DNA from: a bacterium
GTDB lineage: Bacteria > Zixibacteria > MSB-5A5 > GN15 > FEB-12
Length of the DNA stretch: 64,000 nt
Assembly: GCA_043811375.1 (NCBI GenBank)
Contig: JBDRNJ010000044.1
Location: 4,575-68,574, forward strand
Direction: 5' to 3'
Shown in pieces: positions 1 to 10,776 of the stretch. The notes under the pieces were generated by a model that was not told the origin of the DNA, did no database searches, and saw nothing but the letters and a program-made list of their open reading frames with translations. Both the position numbers and the translations under genes were made by a program. The first letter of the stretch is position 1, and each line of letters starts with the position of its first letter.

Positions 1-549
1 CAGCGTCCGTAACATGGATGTGCATTTTGATGGATTTAAAGGGACAGCAAGTAAAATATAGCTATCGTGCTCTTTTGACCGGGATGTTATTTGCAATAAT
101 ATCAGTTATAATTAGTTATTTCTTTTTCTCTTTGTGGGGTCCAGCATCATTGGTATGAAGCTGCTGCTCTGTCAAATCAACTTCATTGTCAGGAGGAGGT
201 TGTTTAAATACAATGGTTTGTTCAGTGCTTTGGCCTTGTTCTTCCTTGTCATTCTCGGTCATAGCCAATCCCTTCGCTTACAGGTTCAGTCTTTGCGCAT
301 AAGTTAAGAGGTAATTTTGTGTGTGTCAAGTATACAATGCCCTAAGATTTTGTAGACAATTTCGCGGTACGATCATATCAATTGATCCTGCTGTGACGAC
401 TCTGTTTCGTCGCCGGAAGGGTTACTCATGACATGGGTTACGTACTCGAAAGTCACGGGTGTGAATTCGAAGTCAGCCAGCAGCAACTGGCCGGTTTTCT
501 TAAACAAAATTAATGACGTCAGCTAGTCGGCACGACCAGCGATTTCCGT

Positions 550-3165
550 TCAAACCGCCGCCGGTACATGTTTTGGCTGTGGATCGACCTCTGCCGCCTT
601 AACCTGGTGTCCGATCCAGCGCATCTTCTCCAGATCGAAATGATCAGCCATGTCCGCATGGCTGGGCAGAATTCGCACCGAATAGCCGAACAACCCGCTC
701 TCATCGCAGGCGATATAGCCTTCGTAACCGCAAGTACCTTCTCCGACAGCACCGCTGCAACTCATACTTTCGATATTGCAATTGGTCAGATTCTGTTCGG
801 TATCGAGCGGGCCGCTGCAAATCTGCACTACCACGTCCTCCGGCGACAACGCCCCCAGGTGAACCTCAGCTTCAACTTTCAGCGCCATGCCTACTTCGGC
901 GTCCCGGTTGGATACACGGGCGCTGGTTATGCTTACGCGTTCCCAGTTGTCACTAATGAACCGCTTCCACTCAGCCAGTTTCCGCGTCCGCTCAAACTGG
1001 TTGTCCGACAGTCGTTCCCAATTCTCATGGGCTTTCATGTAGAACTTCTCAGAGTACTGCCGCACCATCCGGTTGGTGCTGAAAGCCGGCCCCAGTTTGC
1101 GCATGGAACTCTTCATCTTGGCTATCCAGTGACGCGGCAGGCCGTCGCCGGTGCGATCATAGAACAATGGCACCACCTCATGTTCCAGGGTGTCATACAG
1201 CCCGGTACTCTCGACATCGTCCTGGTAATTCGGATCGTCATAGTCTTCGCCGGCGCCGATTGCCCAGCCGGTGTCGGCGTCATACCCTTCACACCACCAG
1301 CCGTCCAGAATGCTCAGGTTCAATCCGCCGTTGGGTATCACTTTCATGCCGCTGGTGCCGCTGGCCTCCATAGGCCGGCGCGGGGTGTTCATCCAGACGT
1401 CGACGCCTTCAACCAGGTAGCGGGCGACGTTGATGTCATAGTTCTCCAGGAACACCATATGCCTGCGAACGTCATCCTGTCGCACAAAGTGAATCAATTC
1501 TCGGATGAGTTCCTTGCCGTGATTATCACGAGGGTGAGCTTTGCCGGCAAAGATAAACTGAACCGGTCTTTGCGAATCCCCCAGCAGTCGTTTGAGCCGA
1601 TCGATGTCCCTGAGTAGAAGAGTCGCTCTCTTGTAGGTGGCAAAACGACGGGCAAAGCCGACCGTCAGCGCCTCCGGGTTGAGTACTTCGTAGGCAATGT
1701 CGATTTCCCTGGCGCTGGCGCCCCGACGTCGGAGTTGCTCGATCAGCCGCCGCCGAGTGAAGGCTACCAGTCTTTCCCGCCTTCGTTCGTGTACACGCCA
1801 CAGTTCGACATCGGGGATGCGATCGACCCGCTCCCATATCGACTGATCGGCTGGCTTCTTCAGCCAGTTCGGTCCCAGGTAGCGCAGCAATAAATCCGAC
1901 ATCTCGCTGGATGTCCAGGAACGGGTGTGGATGCCGTTGGTAACGTGATCGATAGGTATCTCTTCCGCGGGAACATCGGGCCATACGCCACGCCACATCT
2001 CGCGAGATACTTCCCCGTGCAGATGGCTGACTCCGTTGGCCGAAGCGGTTGTCCTCAGTGCCATCAGCGCCATGTTGAACGGCTCATTGCGAACCACCGG
2101 ATTTCTTCTGCCCAGCGCCAGGAAGGAATTCTGGTCAATACCACTGTGCTGAAGAAAATGCCCAATGTACTTCTCTGCCAGTTCGGAATTGAATTCATCT
2201 ATTCCGGCCGGCACCGGTGTGTGCGTGGTGAAGAAAGTACCCGCCTTGACCACTTCCAGCGCTTCCTGGGTGGAAAGGTTGTCTTTGGCTTTGCGGTGTC
2301 GTATCCGTTCCAGTGCCAGAAAAGCGGCATGGCCTTCATTCATGTGACAGACACGGACGTGCAGTCCCAGTTGACGCAATGCCCTCATGCCGCCGATGCC
2401 CAGGATCAGTTCCTGTTGAATGCGCATTTCGCTGTTGCCGCCATAAAGCTGGTAAGTGATTTTGCGATCATTATAGTGATTTTCAGGGATGTTTGTGTCC
2501 ATCAGGTAGAGAGGAATCCGCCCCACCTGTGCCCGCCAGACACGCGCCCGAACCACGCGTTCCGGGAAAGGAACCTCCACCAGCACCGGATTACCGGCAT
2601 CATCTGTTTCCAGTTGAATCGGTAGATTATAGAAATCATTGTTGGGGTATGTCTCCTGTTGCCAGCCATCGGCATTGAGGTATTGCTGAAAATAACCCTG
2701 CTGATACAGCAACCCCACGCCTGCCAGCGGCAAGCCCAGTTCACTGGCCGATTTCAGGTGATCACCCGCCAGAATGCCCAGCCCCCCGGAGTAAATCGGC
2801 AGGCACTCGGTAAGACCGAACTCCATCGAAAAATAAGCGATTTTAGGCGAGTCGAATTGCCCGTACTGACTCTCAAACCAGGTCCGGCCGGTCAGATGTT
2901 CCCGAAGAGCCCGGTGTACTCTCTGCATCTGGTCCATGAATCCTTCATCGCGGACTGCCTGGGCCAGCTTGTCCTGCTTGATCACACCTAACATTTTCAC
3001 CGGATTGTGATTGGTGGAGTTCCACAGGTCCCGATCCAACCTCCGAAACAGGTTGATTGTCTCGTGATTCCAACTCCAATGGAGGTTAAAAGCCAGTTCC
3101 TCGAGGAATTTCAATTCCTCAGGCAGCGTAGCCTGAACCCGGAAGGTATCAAATGATTTCGGCAT
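550..3165 (-). CDS. glgP: alpha-glucan (glycogen/maltodextrin) phosphorylase, GT35 family
   Basis: 871-aa ORF with colinear phosphorylase motifs, including the PLP-lysine region EASGTSGMK and NGGLNLSILDGWW. Confidence 0.9.
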   Translation of the reverse strand: MPKSFDTFRVQATLPEELKFLEELAFNLHWSWNHETINLFRRLDRDLWNSTNHNPVKMLGVIKQDKLAQAVRDEGFMDQMQRVHRALREHLTGRTWFESQYGQFDSPKIAYFSMEFGLTECLPIYSGGLGILAGDHLKSASELGLPLAGVGLLYQQGYFQQYLNADGWQQETYPNNDFYNLPIQLETDDAGNPVLVEVPFPERVVRARVWRAQVGRIPLYLMDTNIPENHYNDRKITYQLYGGNSEMRIQQELILGIGGMRALRQLGLHVRVCHMNEGHAAFLALERIRHRKAKDNLSTQEALEVVKAGTFFTTHTPVPAGIDEFNSELAEKYIGHFLQHSGIDQNSFLALGRRNPVVRNEPFNMALMALRTTASANGVSHLHGEVSREMWRGVWPDVPAEEIPIDHVTNGIHTRSWTSSEMSDLLLRYLGPNWLKKPADQSIWERVDRIPDVELWRVHERRRERLVAFTRRRLIEQLRRRGASAREIDIAYEVLNPEALTVGFARRFATYKRATLLLRDIDRLKRLLGDSQRPVQFIFAGKAHPRDNHGKELIRELIHFVRQDDVRRHMVFLENYDINVARYLVEGVDVWMNTPRRPMEASGTSGMKVIPNGGLNLSILDGWWCEGYDADTGWAIGAGEDYDDPNYQDDVESTGLYDTLEHEVVPLFYDRTGDGLPRHWIAKMKSSMRKLGPAFSTNRMVRQYSEKFYMKAHENWERLSDNQFERTRKLAEWKRFISDNWERVSITSARVSNRDAEVGMALKVEAEVHLGALSPEDVVVQICSGPLDTEQNLTNCNIESMSCSGAVGEGTCGYEGYIACDESGLFGYSVRILPSHADMADHFDLEKMRWIGHQVKAAEVDPQPKHVPAAV

Positions 3166-3232
3166 TAGTGGCTCCTAAAAAAACCGAGCCCGATCGAACA
3201 GTTATGATCGGACTCGGATAATGGCTGGTCGT

Positions 3233-4843
3233 TTATACCAGGGCAGTCGGCCTGGGTCCGGCACTCTTCACTTTCTCGGGTGTCTGATCCTCAAACTGCC
3301 GGAAGTTCTCCGTGAAAAGGCACGCCAGATGTTCTGCCTTCTTGTCGTATGCTTCCTTGTCGGACCAGGTGTTGCGCGGATTGAGAATATCCTGCGGAAC
3401 TCCGGGACACGAGGTCGGTACCTGGACGCCGAAGACCGGGTCCTCTTTGAAGTCGACCTTGTTGAGGGAACCGTCTAAGGTGGCATTGAGAAGTGCCCGC
3501 GTATGCTTGATGCTGATACGTTCACCGACTCCGTACGGTCCGCCGCTCCAGCCGGTATTCACCAGCCAGCAGTTGACCTTGTGTTGCCGAATCCGGTCAG
3601 CCAGCAGTTCGGCGTAGCGGGAAGGATGCAGTACCATGAAAGGCGCCCCAAAGCAGGCTGAGAAAGTCGCTGTCGGCTCGGTCACTCCGGATTCGGTGCC
3701 GGCTACTTTGGCCGTGTAACCGGAAATGAAGTGATACATCGCCTGTTCCGGCGTCAACCGTGAGATCGGCGGCAGTACGCCAAAAGCATCAGCCGTCAGC
3801 ATAATCACGTTCTGCGGGTGTCCGGCCTTGCCTTCTCTTACTACATTGGGGATGTGCCGCAACGGATAGGCAGCGCGGGTGTTCTCAGTCAGAGAATCGT
3901 CGTTTAAGTCGAGTCGACGTGTTACCGGGTCGAAACCGACGTTTTCAAGTAAGGTGCCGAAGCGGCGGGTGGTACTGTATATTTCCGGCTCCGATTCAGG
4001 GGAGAGGTTGATGACCTTGGCGTAACAGCCACCCTCAAAATTAAACACCCCGTCCGGGCTCCAGCCATGTTCGTCGTCGCCGATCAACTGCCGATGAGGA
4101 TCCGCTGACAGTGTCGTTTTTCCGGTGCCCGACAGGCCAAAGAAGAGAGCCACGTCGCCCTTCTGGCCGACGTTGGCGCTACAGTGCATGGAAAGCACGT
4201 TTTCCTGGGGCAACAGGTAGTTAAGCACGGTAAAGATCGACTTCTTGATTTCGCCGCCATAGGCAGTACCGCCGATCAGGACAATTTTACGGCCCAGGTT
4301 GAGCAATATGAAGGCTTCGGAATGAGTGCCGTCCAGTTCCGGGATGGCCTGGAAATTGGGAACATGCAGAATTGTGAACTCCGGCACATGATTCTCCAGT
4401 TCTTCCCAGCGAGTCTGAAGGAACATGGTACGCGCGAATAGATTGTGCCAGGCGGTTTCCGTGACGACACGGACGGGCAGACGGTATTTGGGGTCCCAGC
4501 CAGCGACACAGTCCTGCACGTAAAGATTTCTGCCCTGAAGGTACGCCTGCAGGCGCCGGAACATCATATCGAATTTTTCCTGGGCAAATGGCTTGTTGAC
4601 CTTACCCCACCAGACATTGTCCTGTGAATCGGGTTCCTTAACGATGAACTTGTCCTTGGCGGCCCGCCCGGTGTGCAGGCCGGTACGGACAACAATCGGC
4701 CCCAGGTGAGCCATCATGCCCTCACCGTTACGGATGATTTCCTCGTACAACGTGGGTGTGTTGTAGTTCCAGTGGACCGTCCCGGTATTGGTAATACCGT
4801 GGTTCTCAAGCCCGTAATTGCTGATCAGACGTTTTACCGACAT
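3233..4843 (-). CDS. pckA: phosphoenolpyruvate carboxykinase (ATP)
   Basis: 536-aa ORF with kinase-1a motif GLSGTGKTTLS, IGDDEHGW and typical length. Confidence 0.95.
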   Translation of the reverse strand: MSVKRLISNYGLENHGITNTGTVHWNYNTPTLYEEIIRNGEGMMAHLGPIVVRTGLHTGRAAKDKFIVKEPDSQDNVWWGKVNKPFAQEKFDMMFRRLQAYLQGRNLYVQDCVAGWDPKYRLPVRVVTETAWHNLFARTMFLQTRWEELENHVPEFTILHVPNFQAIPELDGTHSEAFILLNLGRKIVLIGGTAYGGEIKKSIFTVLNYLLPQENVLSMHCSANVGQKGDVALFFGLSGTGKTTLSADPHRQLIGDDEHGWSPDGVFNFEGGCYAKVINLSPESEPEIYSTTRRFGTLLENVGFDPVTRRLDLNDDSLTENTRAAYPLRHIPNVVREGKAGHPQNVIMLTADAFGVLPPISRLTPEQAMYHFISGYTAKVAGTESGVTEPTATFSACFGAPFMVLHPSRYAELLADRIRQHKVNCWLVNTGWSGGPYGVGERISIKHTRALLNATLDGSLNKVDFKEDPVFGVQVPTSCPGVPQDILNPRNTWSDKEAYDKKAEHLACLFTENFRQFEDQTPEKVKSAGPRPTALV

Positions 4844-4872
4844 GTTTGTTCTCCTGTTCCGGCAGGTTGCCT

Positions 4873-4911
4873 AAATGAATATAGTTCCTAATTGCCCAAA
4901 TGAATATAGTT
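4873..4911. promoter_or_regulatory. tandem direct repeat AAATGAATATAGTT x2 in the divergent pckA/fba intergenic region (putative operator)
   Basis: Exact 14-nt copies at 4873-4886 and 4898-4911, 25 bp centre to centre, in an AT-rich stretch between two divergent gluconeogenic genes. Confidence 0.3.
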
Positions 4912-5136
4912 TCTAACTAAGAATAATATCGGCACTAACGAAGAACAATTCATAAATCGCCATTTGCCGGAACTGAGTTGGTTTCAGGTTTGGCTCCAGT
5001 ACAGTCAGCCGGCATACCGCCCCGGGGCCTTAGGTATCGGCCAACGGTGCCGATAACCTATTATGGTGTTAAATCAAGAGATTGGCAGCAATAGTGTCAA
5101 CCGAAAACAGTTAGTCCACCAAGCGCGGGAGTAGTC

Positions 5137-6102
5137 ATGCCCTTAGTCGTGTTGAACGAAGTGTACGCCGATGCCAACAAGAATCGCTACGCGATCGGAC
5201 AGTTTAATGTCAGCAACCTGGAGTTCACACAGGCTGTTCTGAAAGCTGCCGCAGGGATGAAATCACCGCTGATTCTCGGCGTCTCCACCAGCGGCATCAA
5301 GTATGCCGGTCTGCACAATATCGTAGCCCTGATCAAAACTGCTGCTGAGCAAGTCCCGGTCGAGGTGGCACTGCATCTCGATCATGGTCCGACGGTGGAT
5401 GTAGTCTGTGAGTGTATCGATGCTGGCTTCACATCGGTTATGATCGACGGCTCCCATTATCCGCTGGGAGAAAATATACGCATCACCCGCGAAGTAGTCG
5501 ACTATGCCCACCTGCGAGGGGTCACGGTCGAGGCGGAGTTGGGGCGGCTGGGCGGAATCGAGGATGACGTCAGTGTCGATGCTAAAGACGCTTTTCTGAC
5601 AGATCCCGACGAGGCCTGCCGTTTCGTCGAGGAAAGTGGTTGTGACGCGCTGGCGGTTGCCGTCGGGACCAGCCATGGGGCATACAAATTCAAGGACGAG
5701 GCTCGACTTGACTTTGACCGTATCAAGGTCATCAAAGAGCGTCTGGGAATTCCCCTCGTCTTGCACGGAGCCAGTGGCGTTCCTCGGGAACTGACGCAGA
5801 AACTGGTACAGTATGGCGGCAGGATCGCCGACGCCAGGGGGGTTCCGGATGAAGCTTATCAACGGGCAATCGAGTGTGGTATCAACAAGATAAATATCGA
5901 TACCGACCTGCGATTGGCTTACACGGCATCTCTGCGACAGGTGCTGGCCACACAACCGGAACTGTTTGATCCCAGGAAAATCAATCAACCCACCAGATTA
6001 GCTGTGGAGGAAGTTGTCAGGCAAAAGATCAAATTGTTCGGCAGCCAGGGCAAAGCCCGACAGCAGCACCGGGGAGAAATAATCCATGCCGGCAGTGCTT
6101 GA
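5137..6102 (+). CDS. fba: class II fructose-bisphosphate aldolase
   Basis: 321-aa ORF with class II aldolase pattern (HLDHG, GTSHGAYKF, LVLHGASG). Confidence 0.85.
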   Translation: MPLVVLNEVYADANKNRYAIGQFNVSNLEFTQAVLKAAAGMKSPLILGVSTSGIKYAGLHNIVALIKTAAEQVPVEVALHLDHGPTVDVVCECIDAGFTSVMIDGSHYPLGENIRITREVVDYAHLRGVTVEAELGRLGGIEDDVSVDAKDAFLTDPDEACRFVEESGCDALAVAVGTSHGAYKFKDEARLDFDRIKVIKERLGIPLVLHGASGVPRELTQKLVQYGGRIADARGVPDEAYQRAIECGINKINIDTDLRLAYTASLRQVLATQPELFDPRKINQPTRLAVEEVVRQKIKLFGSQGKARQQHRGEIIHAGSA

Positions 6103-6258
6103 GTCTATCGACAGCAACGGAGTTCTTACCGGGACAACGGCCAGCTGAACAAGACTATCATCAAATAACCAGTGGTCGTCTTGCTTTATGAGCGGTCAGG
6201 AATCCTTTCCTGATCGCACCACGTGTAGCCGTCAGCTTATCGATCCCTTATGGGCCGA

Positions 6259-7515
6259 TCAGAAGTAAACCCGAAACGATGTATAGTACATATCCGGGTA
6301 GCCGCCGAACTCCGAACGCCACCTGACTTGATCCGCCTGACTTCCGTTGGTAGATGATCGCGGCGAGCTACCGACGCCGATATAAGCCCCGATAGCTAAA
6401 TAAACATCCTGCGCCAGGCTATAGTCGATACCGGGTACCAGCAGAACGGAGGGGTCCGTCAGGTTTACCAGCGCTTCACCGCCGACCGTCAGCAACGGCG
6501 TGGCCGGTATGGATATCCCGGGGACAAAATAGTGACGGCCCATCAGGAAAGTTCCCCCGTCTGTGTATGCCGCCGTTGACAGGTTATCCAGGTAATCTCT
6601 TGTCCGGCGAGCACCCGGCCCGTTGTAGTGATACTCCGCAAACAGGTAAATACCACCCCAGAGGCTGTAGTCACAACCGACCGATCCGCGGAAGTAATCA
6701 GCGCCATCGTCAACTTCATCTTCATTCAATGCTGCGAGCAGGACCGTGGCGCCTTCCATCCAGAATCCGGCTCCTCCGAAAGGTCGGGTAACATCCCAGC
6801 CTAACAACAGGTGTTCCCGGAACGCCACGGCCATCAGTGACAGATCGGTACGTCCCACGTAGAACTTCGTGCGGGCATACGCAGCACTGCGCGAGAAACG
6901 GCCCTCATCTCCAAACACGTAACCGGCATCAATCTCCGCCATGAATCCTAACGGCACCCGCACACGTACGGCATCCACTCCGACCCGATCCTCCGTGTCC
7001 AGTTCACCATAATTGAAAGGAACGAACACATCAGTGGGGTTTATGGCATGACCCGAACCCCAGGCGATAGCCTGTCTGCCGATGTAGACGTCAAAACCGG
7101 ATGCCTTCACCGTAAGGACCGCCCGGTCGAGATTGTGCATCACGGCAAAGCTGCCGACCGTATCCGAAAGAGCGGGGTAGAGTCGCCGGTCAAGATCGGT
7201 AAGACGGTAGCTGCCCGGTTCCACATTTCCCCGGAAGGACGTTTCATCAAACAGGCCGGGGTCCTGTACCCGGGGAGCGAGATCATAGGCCAGGTTAAAA
7301 TCGATCCGGTTGGACAGTCGCAAACGTCCCTCCAGCCGCAGCCGGTTGTTGACCGACCCTGTCGTCGGCTGGCTGCTTTCAGCCCCGCATCCCTTGCAGG
7401 CGGACTGGTCAAAAGCGACGAAGAAGCTCTTGTAATAACCTTTCACAGTCACCTTGTTGGACGCCGCCACCGGCACTGCCGTACCGGCAACTATAGCGTA
7501 AACTACAGTTGCCAT
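6259..7515 (-). CDS. putative outer-membrane beta-barrel protein, unknown family
   Basis: Signal-peptide-like start MATVVYAIVAGTAVPVAA (the ORF could extend to 7581). Alternating amphipathic beta-strand pattern and a C-terminal ...FRVYF ending in Phe. Last gene of the ABC/LolA-like cluster. Confidence 0.55.
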   Translation of the reverse strand: MATVVYAIVAGTAVPVAASNKVTVKGYYKSFFVAFDQSACKGCGAESSQPTTGSVNNRLRLEGRLRLSNRIDFNLAYDLAPRVQDPGLFDETSFRGNVEPGSYRLTDLDRRLYPALSDTVGSFAVMHNLDRAVLTVKASGFDVYIGRQAIAWGSGHAINPTDVFVPFNYGELDTEDRVGVDAVRVRVPLGFMAEIDAGYVFGDEGRFSRSAAYARTKFYVGRTDLSLMAVAFREHLLLGWDVTRPFGGAGFWMEGATVLLAALNEDEVDDGADYFRGSVGCDYSLWGGIYLFAEYHYNGPGARRTRDYLDNLSTAAYTDGGTFLMGRHYFVPGISIPATPLLTVGGEALVNLTDPSVLLVPGIDYSLAQDVYLAIGAYIGVGSSPRSSTNGSQADQVRWRSEFGGYPDMYYTSFRVYF

Positions 7516-7580
7516 TATAGCTGTGCGTAATAAGTGTCGGAGCAACACCAGCAGTTCCCGTACTGTTGGTTTCAGCAGCA

Positions 7581-8297
7581 TTAGTCGGTTATCTCAGGGC
7601 GAGATTCATCGCCGGCTACCCGACCATCTTCGAGGGTTACCAGCCGTCGAGCGCGTTCCATGATCTTAGTGTCGTGGGTAGAAAAGAGATAGGTGGTGCC
7701 GTGACTCCGATTCAGGTTGCGCATCATCTCAATCAGTTCGATACCGGTTTTGGAATCGAGGTTGGCGGTAGGCTCATCGGCCAGCACCAGGGTCGGGCGG
7801 GAAACCATCGCCCGCGCCACCGCCACCCGCTGCTGCTGCCCGCCGGAGAGTTTCGGGGGCAATCGATGGGCAAATCCTTCCAGCCCCAACTCCGTGAGAA
7901 TCCCCGCCACCCGGGTGTGTCTCTCTTTTTTGGACACGCCTTGCAGCAGCATGATGTACTCGATATTTTCCTGCACCGTTAGCACCGGGATCAGGTTGTA
8001 AGCCTGAAAAATGAACCCGATGTTGTCCCGCCGAAAGTCGGAAAGCTCTTTCCCGCTCATCTCTGACAGAAGTTTATTATTGAGCCGGACTTCACCCTCA
8101 CTGGTTGTGTCGAGACCGGAGATGATATTGAGGAAAGTAGTTTTCCCCGACCCGGAAGGTCCGACTATCGCGGTGAATTCGCCCTTTTGAATCGTCAGGT
8201 CGATACCCCGGAGAGCCCTGACCGGTACACCGTGGTCGGAGTATTCCTTGGTCACGCTTTTGGCAACGATTATATTTTCACCAGTATTGTTATTCAT
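7581..8297 (-). CDS. ABC transporter ATP-binding protein (LolD/MacB type)
   Basis: Walker [10 protein letters not shown], signature LSGGQQQRV and Walker B LVLADEPT. Confidence 0.9.
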   Translation of the reverse strand: MNNNTGENIIVAKSVTKEYSDHGVPVRALRGIDLTIQKGEFTAIVGPSGSGKTTFLNIISGLDTTSEGEVRLNNKLLSEMSGKELSDFRRDNIGFIFQAYNLIPVLTVQENIEYIMLLQGVSKKERHTRVAGILTELGLEGFAHRLPPKLSGGQQQRVAVARAMVSRPTLVLADEPTANLDSKTGIELIEMMRNLNRSHGTTYLFSTHDTKIMERARRLVTLEDGRVAGDESRPEITD

Positions 8298-8307
8298 TTT
8301 CGTTTCC

Positions 8308-9534
8308 TCAAAAGCTGCGCCTCATTGCTTTGACCGGGTTCATCCGGGCTGCATACAGGGCTGGATACAGACCGATCAGGGTGGTTATGACAAAAACCCA
8401 GAGGGGGAAATAGATGTATTGTTCAAACTGCATGACCGGGTAGAGCAATTCCCGAAAAGTCATACCCGCGTATTCGATGCCGGTATAATCGATACCTATC
8501 TGAGTAAAGATGTAGGTTACGATAAAACCGAGAACAACGCCCAGTACGATACTGACCACGCTCAGTGAGGCGGCTTCAAAAAGGATCAGGCGGGCAAGAA
8601 GCATGGGCCGGGTGCCGACGGCGCGCATGACACCGAACTCAAACATCCGTTCGTGCAGCGACATAAAGAGGGTGTTGACAATTCCCACCGCTACGACGAC
8701 AAAAAGAATCAGTCCGACTATCCAGGTAGAGAAGCTTGACAGTTCAAAAGCCGCCTCGAGTTCCGGCAGCAACTCTGTCCATCCTGACGCTTCGTTGTCT
8801 CCTGTTGAATATGAGTCCCAGAAGGGGAGACTTTTGGTTCGACCGTATTCCGTGTCAGTGAATATGATCGCGATTTCGTGGGCTGCTCCCTCAAGGTTGA
8901 GCATATCGCGTGCTTTGTCCAGCCTGACAAAAGCCATCGCTTTGTCCATCTCGCTGACATTGAAGTGATAGATGCCCGAAATACGAAACATCTCCTGCGC
9001 CAGATCACCAGTGTGTGCTTCCGCCGCCGTCAGGACCACGCGATCACCCAACTGAACTTCCAGCAACTCAGCTAATTTGCTGCCTATGAGAATATCACGC
9101 TCATCATCGCCGTCAAAATAGGCACCCTCGATAAGAGCTTCGTCAACCTGTGACAGGTGCCTCTCTGTAGCCGGCTCGATACCAACCATAGATACGGCAC
9201 TCAAATTTGAAGGAGAGTTGATCATGGCGAAGTTCAGAGTCCGGAGTGTGAATCGGTTGACGATAGTCTCCTTCTCCAGTCGAGCCGTAATCTCGTCAAG
9301 ATGCGCTATTGTTTTCTCGACCTCGAAAGTTTCACTGAACCCTTCACGGTGAATTTGTCCCTCCCCTAAAAACGATGCCGTCGCCGAGCGGATCATATTT
9401 CGCTCCATACCGATTATGAGAGCATCGACGTAGATCAGCGCCGCCAATCCGATACCGATAGCGGTCCCTGCAATGAAAGTTCGCCGCTTGTTGCGGAAGA
9501 GGTTTCGCCAGGCAAGTTTCAGGTAGAGCAGCAT
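8308..9534 (-). CDS. ABC transporter permease, FtsX/MacB-LolCE type
   Basis: 408 aa. One N-terminal TM helix, a large periplasmic domain and a C-terminal FtsX-like 3-TM bundle, ending ...ARMNPVKAMR. Confidence 0.85.
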   Translation of the reverse strand: MLLYLKLAWRNLFRNKRRTFIAGTAIGIGLAALIYVDALIIGMERNMIRSATASFLGEGQIHREGFSETFEVEKTIAHLDEITARLEKETIVNRFTLRTLNFAMINSPSNLSAVSMVGIEPATERHLSQVDEALIEGAYFDGDDERDILIGSKLAELLEVQLGDRVVLTAAEAHTGDLAQEMFRISGIYHFNVSEMDKAMAFVRLDKARDMLNLEGAAHEIAIIFTDTEYGRTKSLPFWDSYSTGDNEASGWTELLPELEAAFELSSFSTWIVGLILFVVVAVGIVNTLFMSLHERMFEFGVMRAVGTRPMLLARLILFEAASLSVVSIVLGVVLGFIVTYIFTQIGIDYTGIEYAGMTFRELLYPVMQFEQYIYFPLWVFVITTLIGLYPALYAARMNPVKAMRRSF

Positions 9535-9546
9535 CGCTTTCGTCTC

Positions 9547-10764
9547 CTAATGCATTCTCATCGCCCGTGCCGGCGCGACCCGCGCCGCTTTGGTTGCCGG
9601 GAAAATAGCAACAAACATAGCTGAAATAACAACGCACAGGGCCGGGATATAGAAACTGCGAGCATTAATCTCGGTGTACATTTTGCGGAATTCGACACCG
9701 CCGTACATAAACGGTTTGGGCATGGCCACACCTTGAATCGAAAGTCCATAGTTGATGGCGTAACTCAAACCGACAGCAAGGATAATACTGATGATCGCCA
9801 TAACGAACACTTCCATCAGCACCAGCCCAAAAATCTGCCCCGGTCCGGTGCCGACGGCCCGCAGAACACCATACTCCCGCGTTCGCTCAAGGACCGTCAT
9901 CAGGACTGTGTTCAATACGCCCACCGCAACCACCAGGATGATTATGCCCAGCATTATCCATCCACCCTGCTGATCGGCCTTCATTGCCTGGTAGAACTGT
10001 TTGGCGAACTCCTGCCAGGGGGCAACAGCCAGATCAGGATCGGCAATAACCATTTTTATATCATCTACGAGGTAAGAGATGATATCCAGGTCTTCGCCGA
10101 CGATAGAGATTTCGTGTATTCGTCCCTCTAACACCAAAAGTTCCTGGGCGTCGGCAAGATGCAGGTAAAAAGAGCTTTGATCGGTCATCTTGTTCCCGCT
10201 GGAAACAAGACCAACGATGGTATACAAGTCGTTGGCAATCGAACCGTCCGCACCCTGCGAAACGATAACAGCCTCATCGCCCACATCGGTCTTGAGTATC
10301 TTCGCCAGACCTTCGCCTATCAGCGCTTCATGCGCCGGTTCATCCGAAAACATACGGCCCCGGGCGATCTTTTTATCAAATTGAGTGGCGGTCTGCTCCA
10401 GTTGAGGTTCGATTCCGATAATCCTGGCGCCGGAGCTCTTTTCTCCTACCGAGATCAATCCGGCGGAATAAAGACGCGGCGTCCAGGATTCGACTCCGGC
10501 TACGTCTGCGATGAGCTTGCCTGCCGTCTCGTATTGATCGATTGTCTTGTAAAGCGCCGGATGATCGAGATATCCCCGCTGGTGGATCTGGATATGACCC
10601 ATTTGATTGCGGGTGAACATGTCGATGATGTTGTTGTAGGTGCCGTCTGACCAGGCGATTGATAACGAGGCCAGGGTAAAACCGATTAGCATGGTTAGCA
10701 CGGTCAACAGGGTCCGCCGTTTCTGACGGAAGACGTTGCGAAAGGCTATCTTGACCAGAAGCAT
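9547..10764 (-). CDS. ABC transporter permease, FtsX/MacB-LolCE type
   Basis: 405 aa, paralogous architecture to 8308-9534. C-terminal ...AARVAPARAMR. Confidence 0.85.
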   Translation of the reverse strand: MLLVKIAFRNVFRQKRRTLLTVLTMLIGFTLASLSIAWSDGTYNNIIDMFTRNQMGHIQIHQRGYLDHPALYKTIDQYETAGKLIADVAGVESWTPRLYSAGLISVGEKSSGARIIGIEPQLEQTATQFDKKIARGRMFSDEPAHEALIGEGLAKILKTDVGDEAVIVSQGADGSIANDLYTIVGLVSSGNKMTDQSSFYLHLADAQELLVLEGRIHEISIVGEDLDIISYLVDDIKMVIADPDLAVAPWQEFAKQFYQAMKADQQGGWIMLGIIILVVAVGVLNTVLMTVLERTREYGVLRAVGTGPGQIFGLVLMEVFVMAIISIILAVGLSYAINYGLSIQGVAMPKPFMYGGVEFRKMYTEINARSFYIPALCVVISAMFVAIFPATKAARVAPARAMRMH

Positions 10765-10776
10765 CGCGGATGCTCC

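Noticed and set aside
116-262. 48-codon minus-strand ORF (MTENDKEEQGQSTEQTIVFKQPPPDNEVDLTEQQLHTNDAGPHKEKKK) with a GAAGGGA site upstream, in the AT-richer first 360 nt of the window.
   Set aside because: It is low-complexity and acidic, has no motif and lies at the window edge. It may be real, but the sequence alone cannot support it.
568-1617. 349-aa plus-strand ORF. Similar long ORFs lie opposite real genes, for example 54679-55854 (391 aa, antisense to pyrG), 32461-33390 (309 aa), 5263-5988, 11002-11592, 29465-30034, 40569-41075, 43198-43746 and 57576-58154.
   Set aside because: Each lies entirely antisense to, or out of frame within, a gene with strong family motifs. Their translations are low-complexity (Arg/Pro/Gly/His-rich) with no motifs. 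They are typical shadow ORFs in GC-rich coding DNA.
6194-6215. Hairpin GGTCAGGAA-TCCT-TTCCTGATC between the convergent fba and beta-barrel genes, considered as a terminator.
   Set aside because: The stem is good, but there is no flanking T or A tract on either side. It is left unannotated as a terminator.
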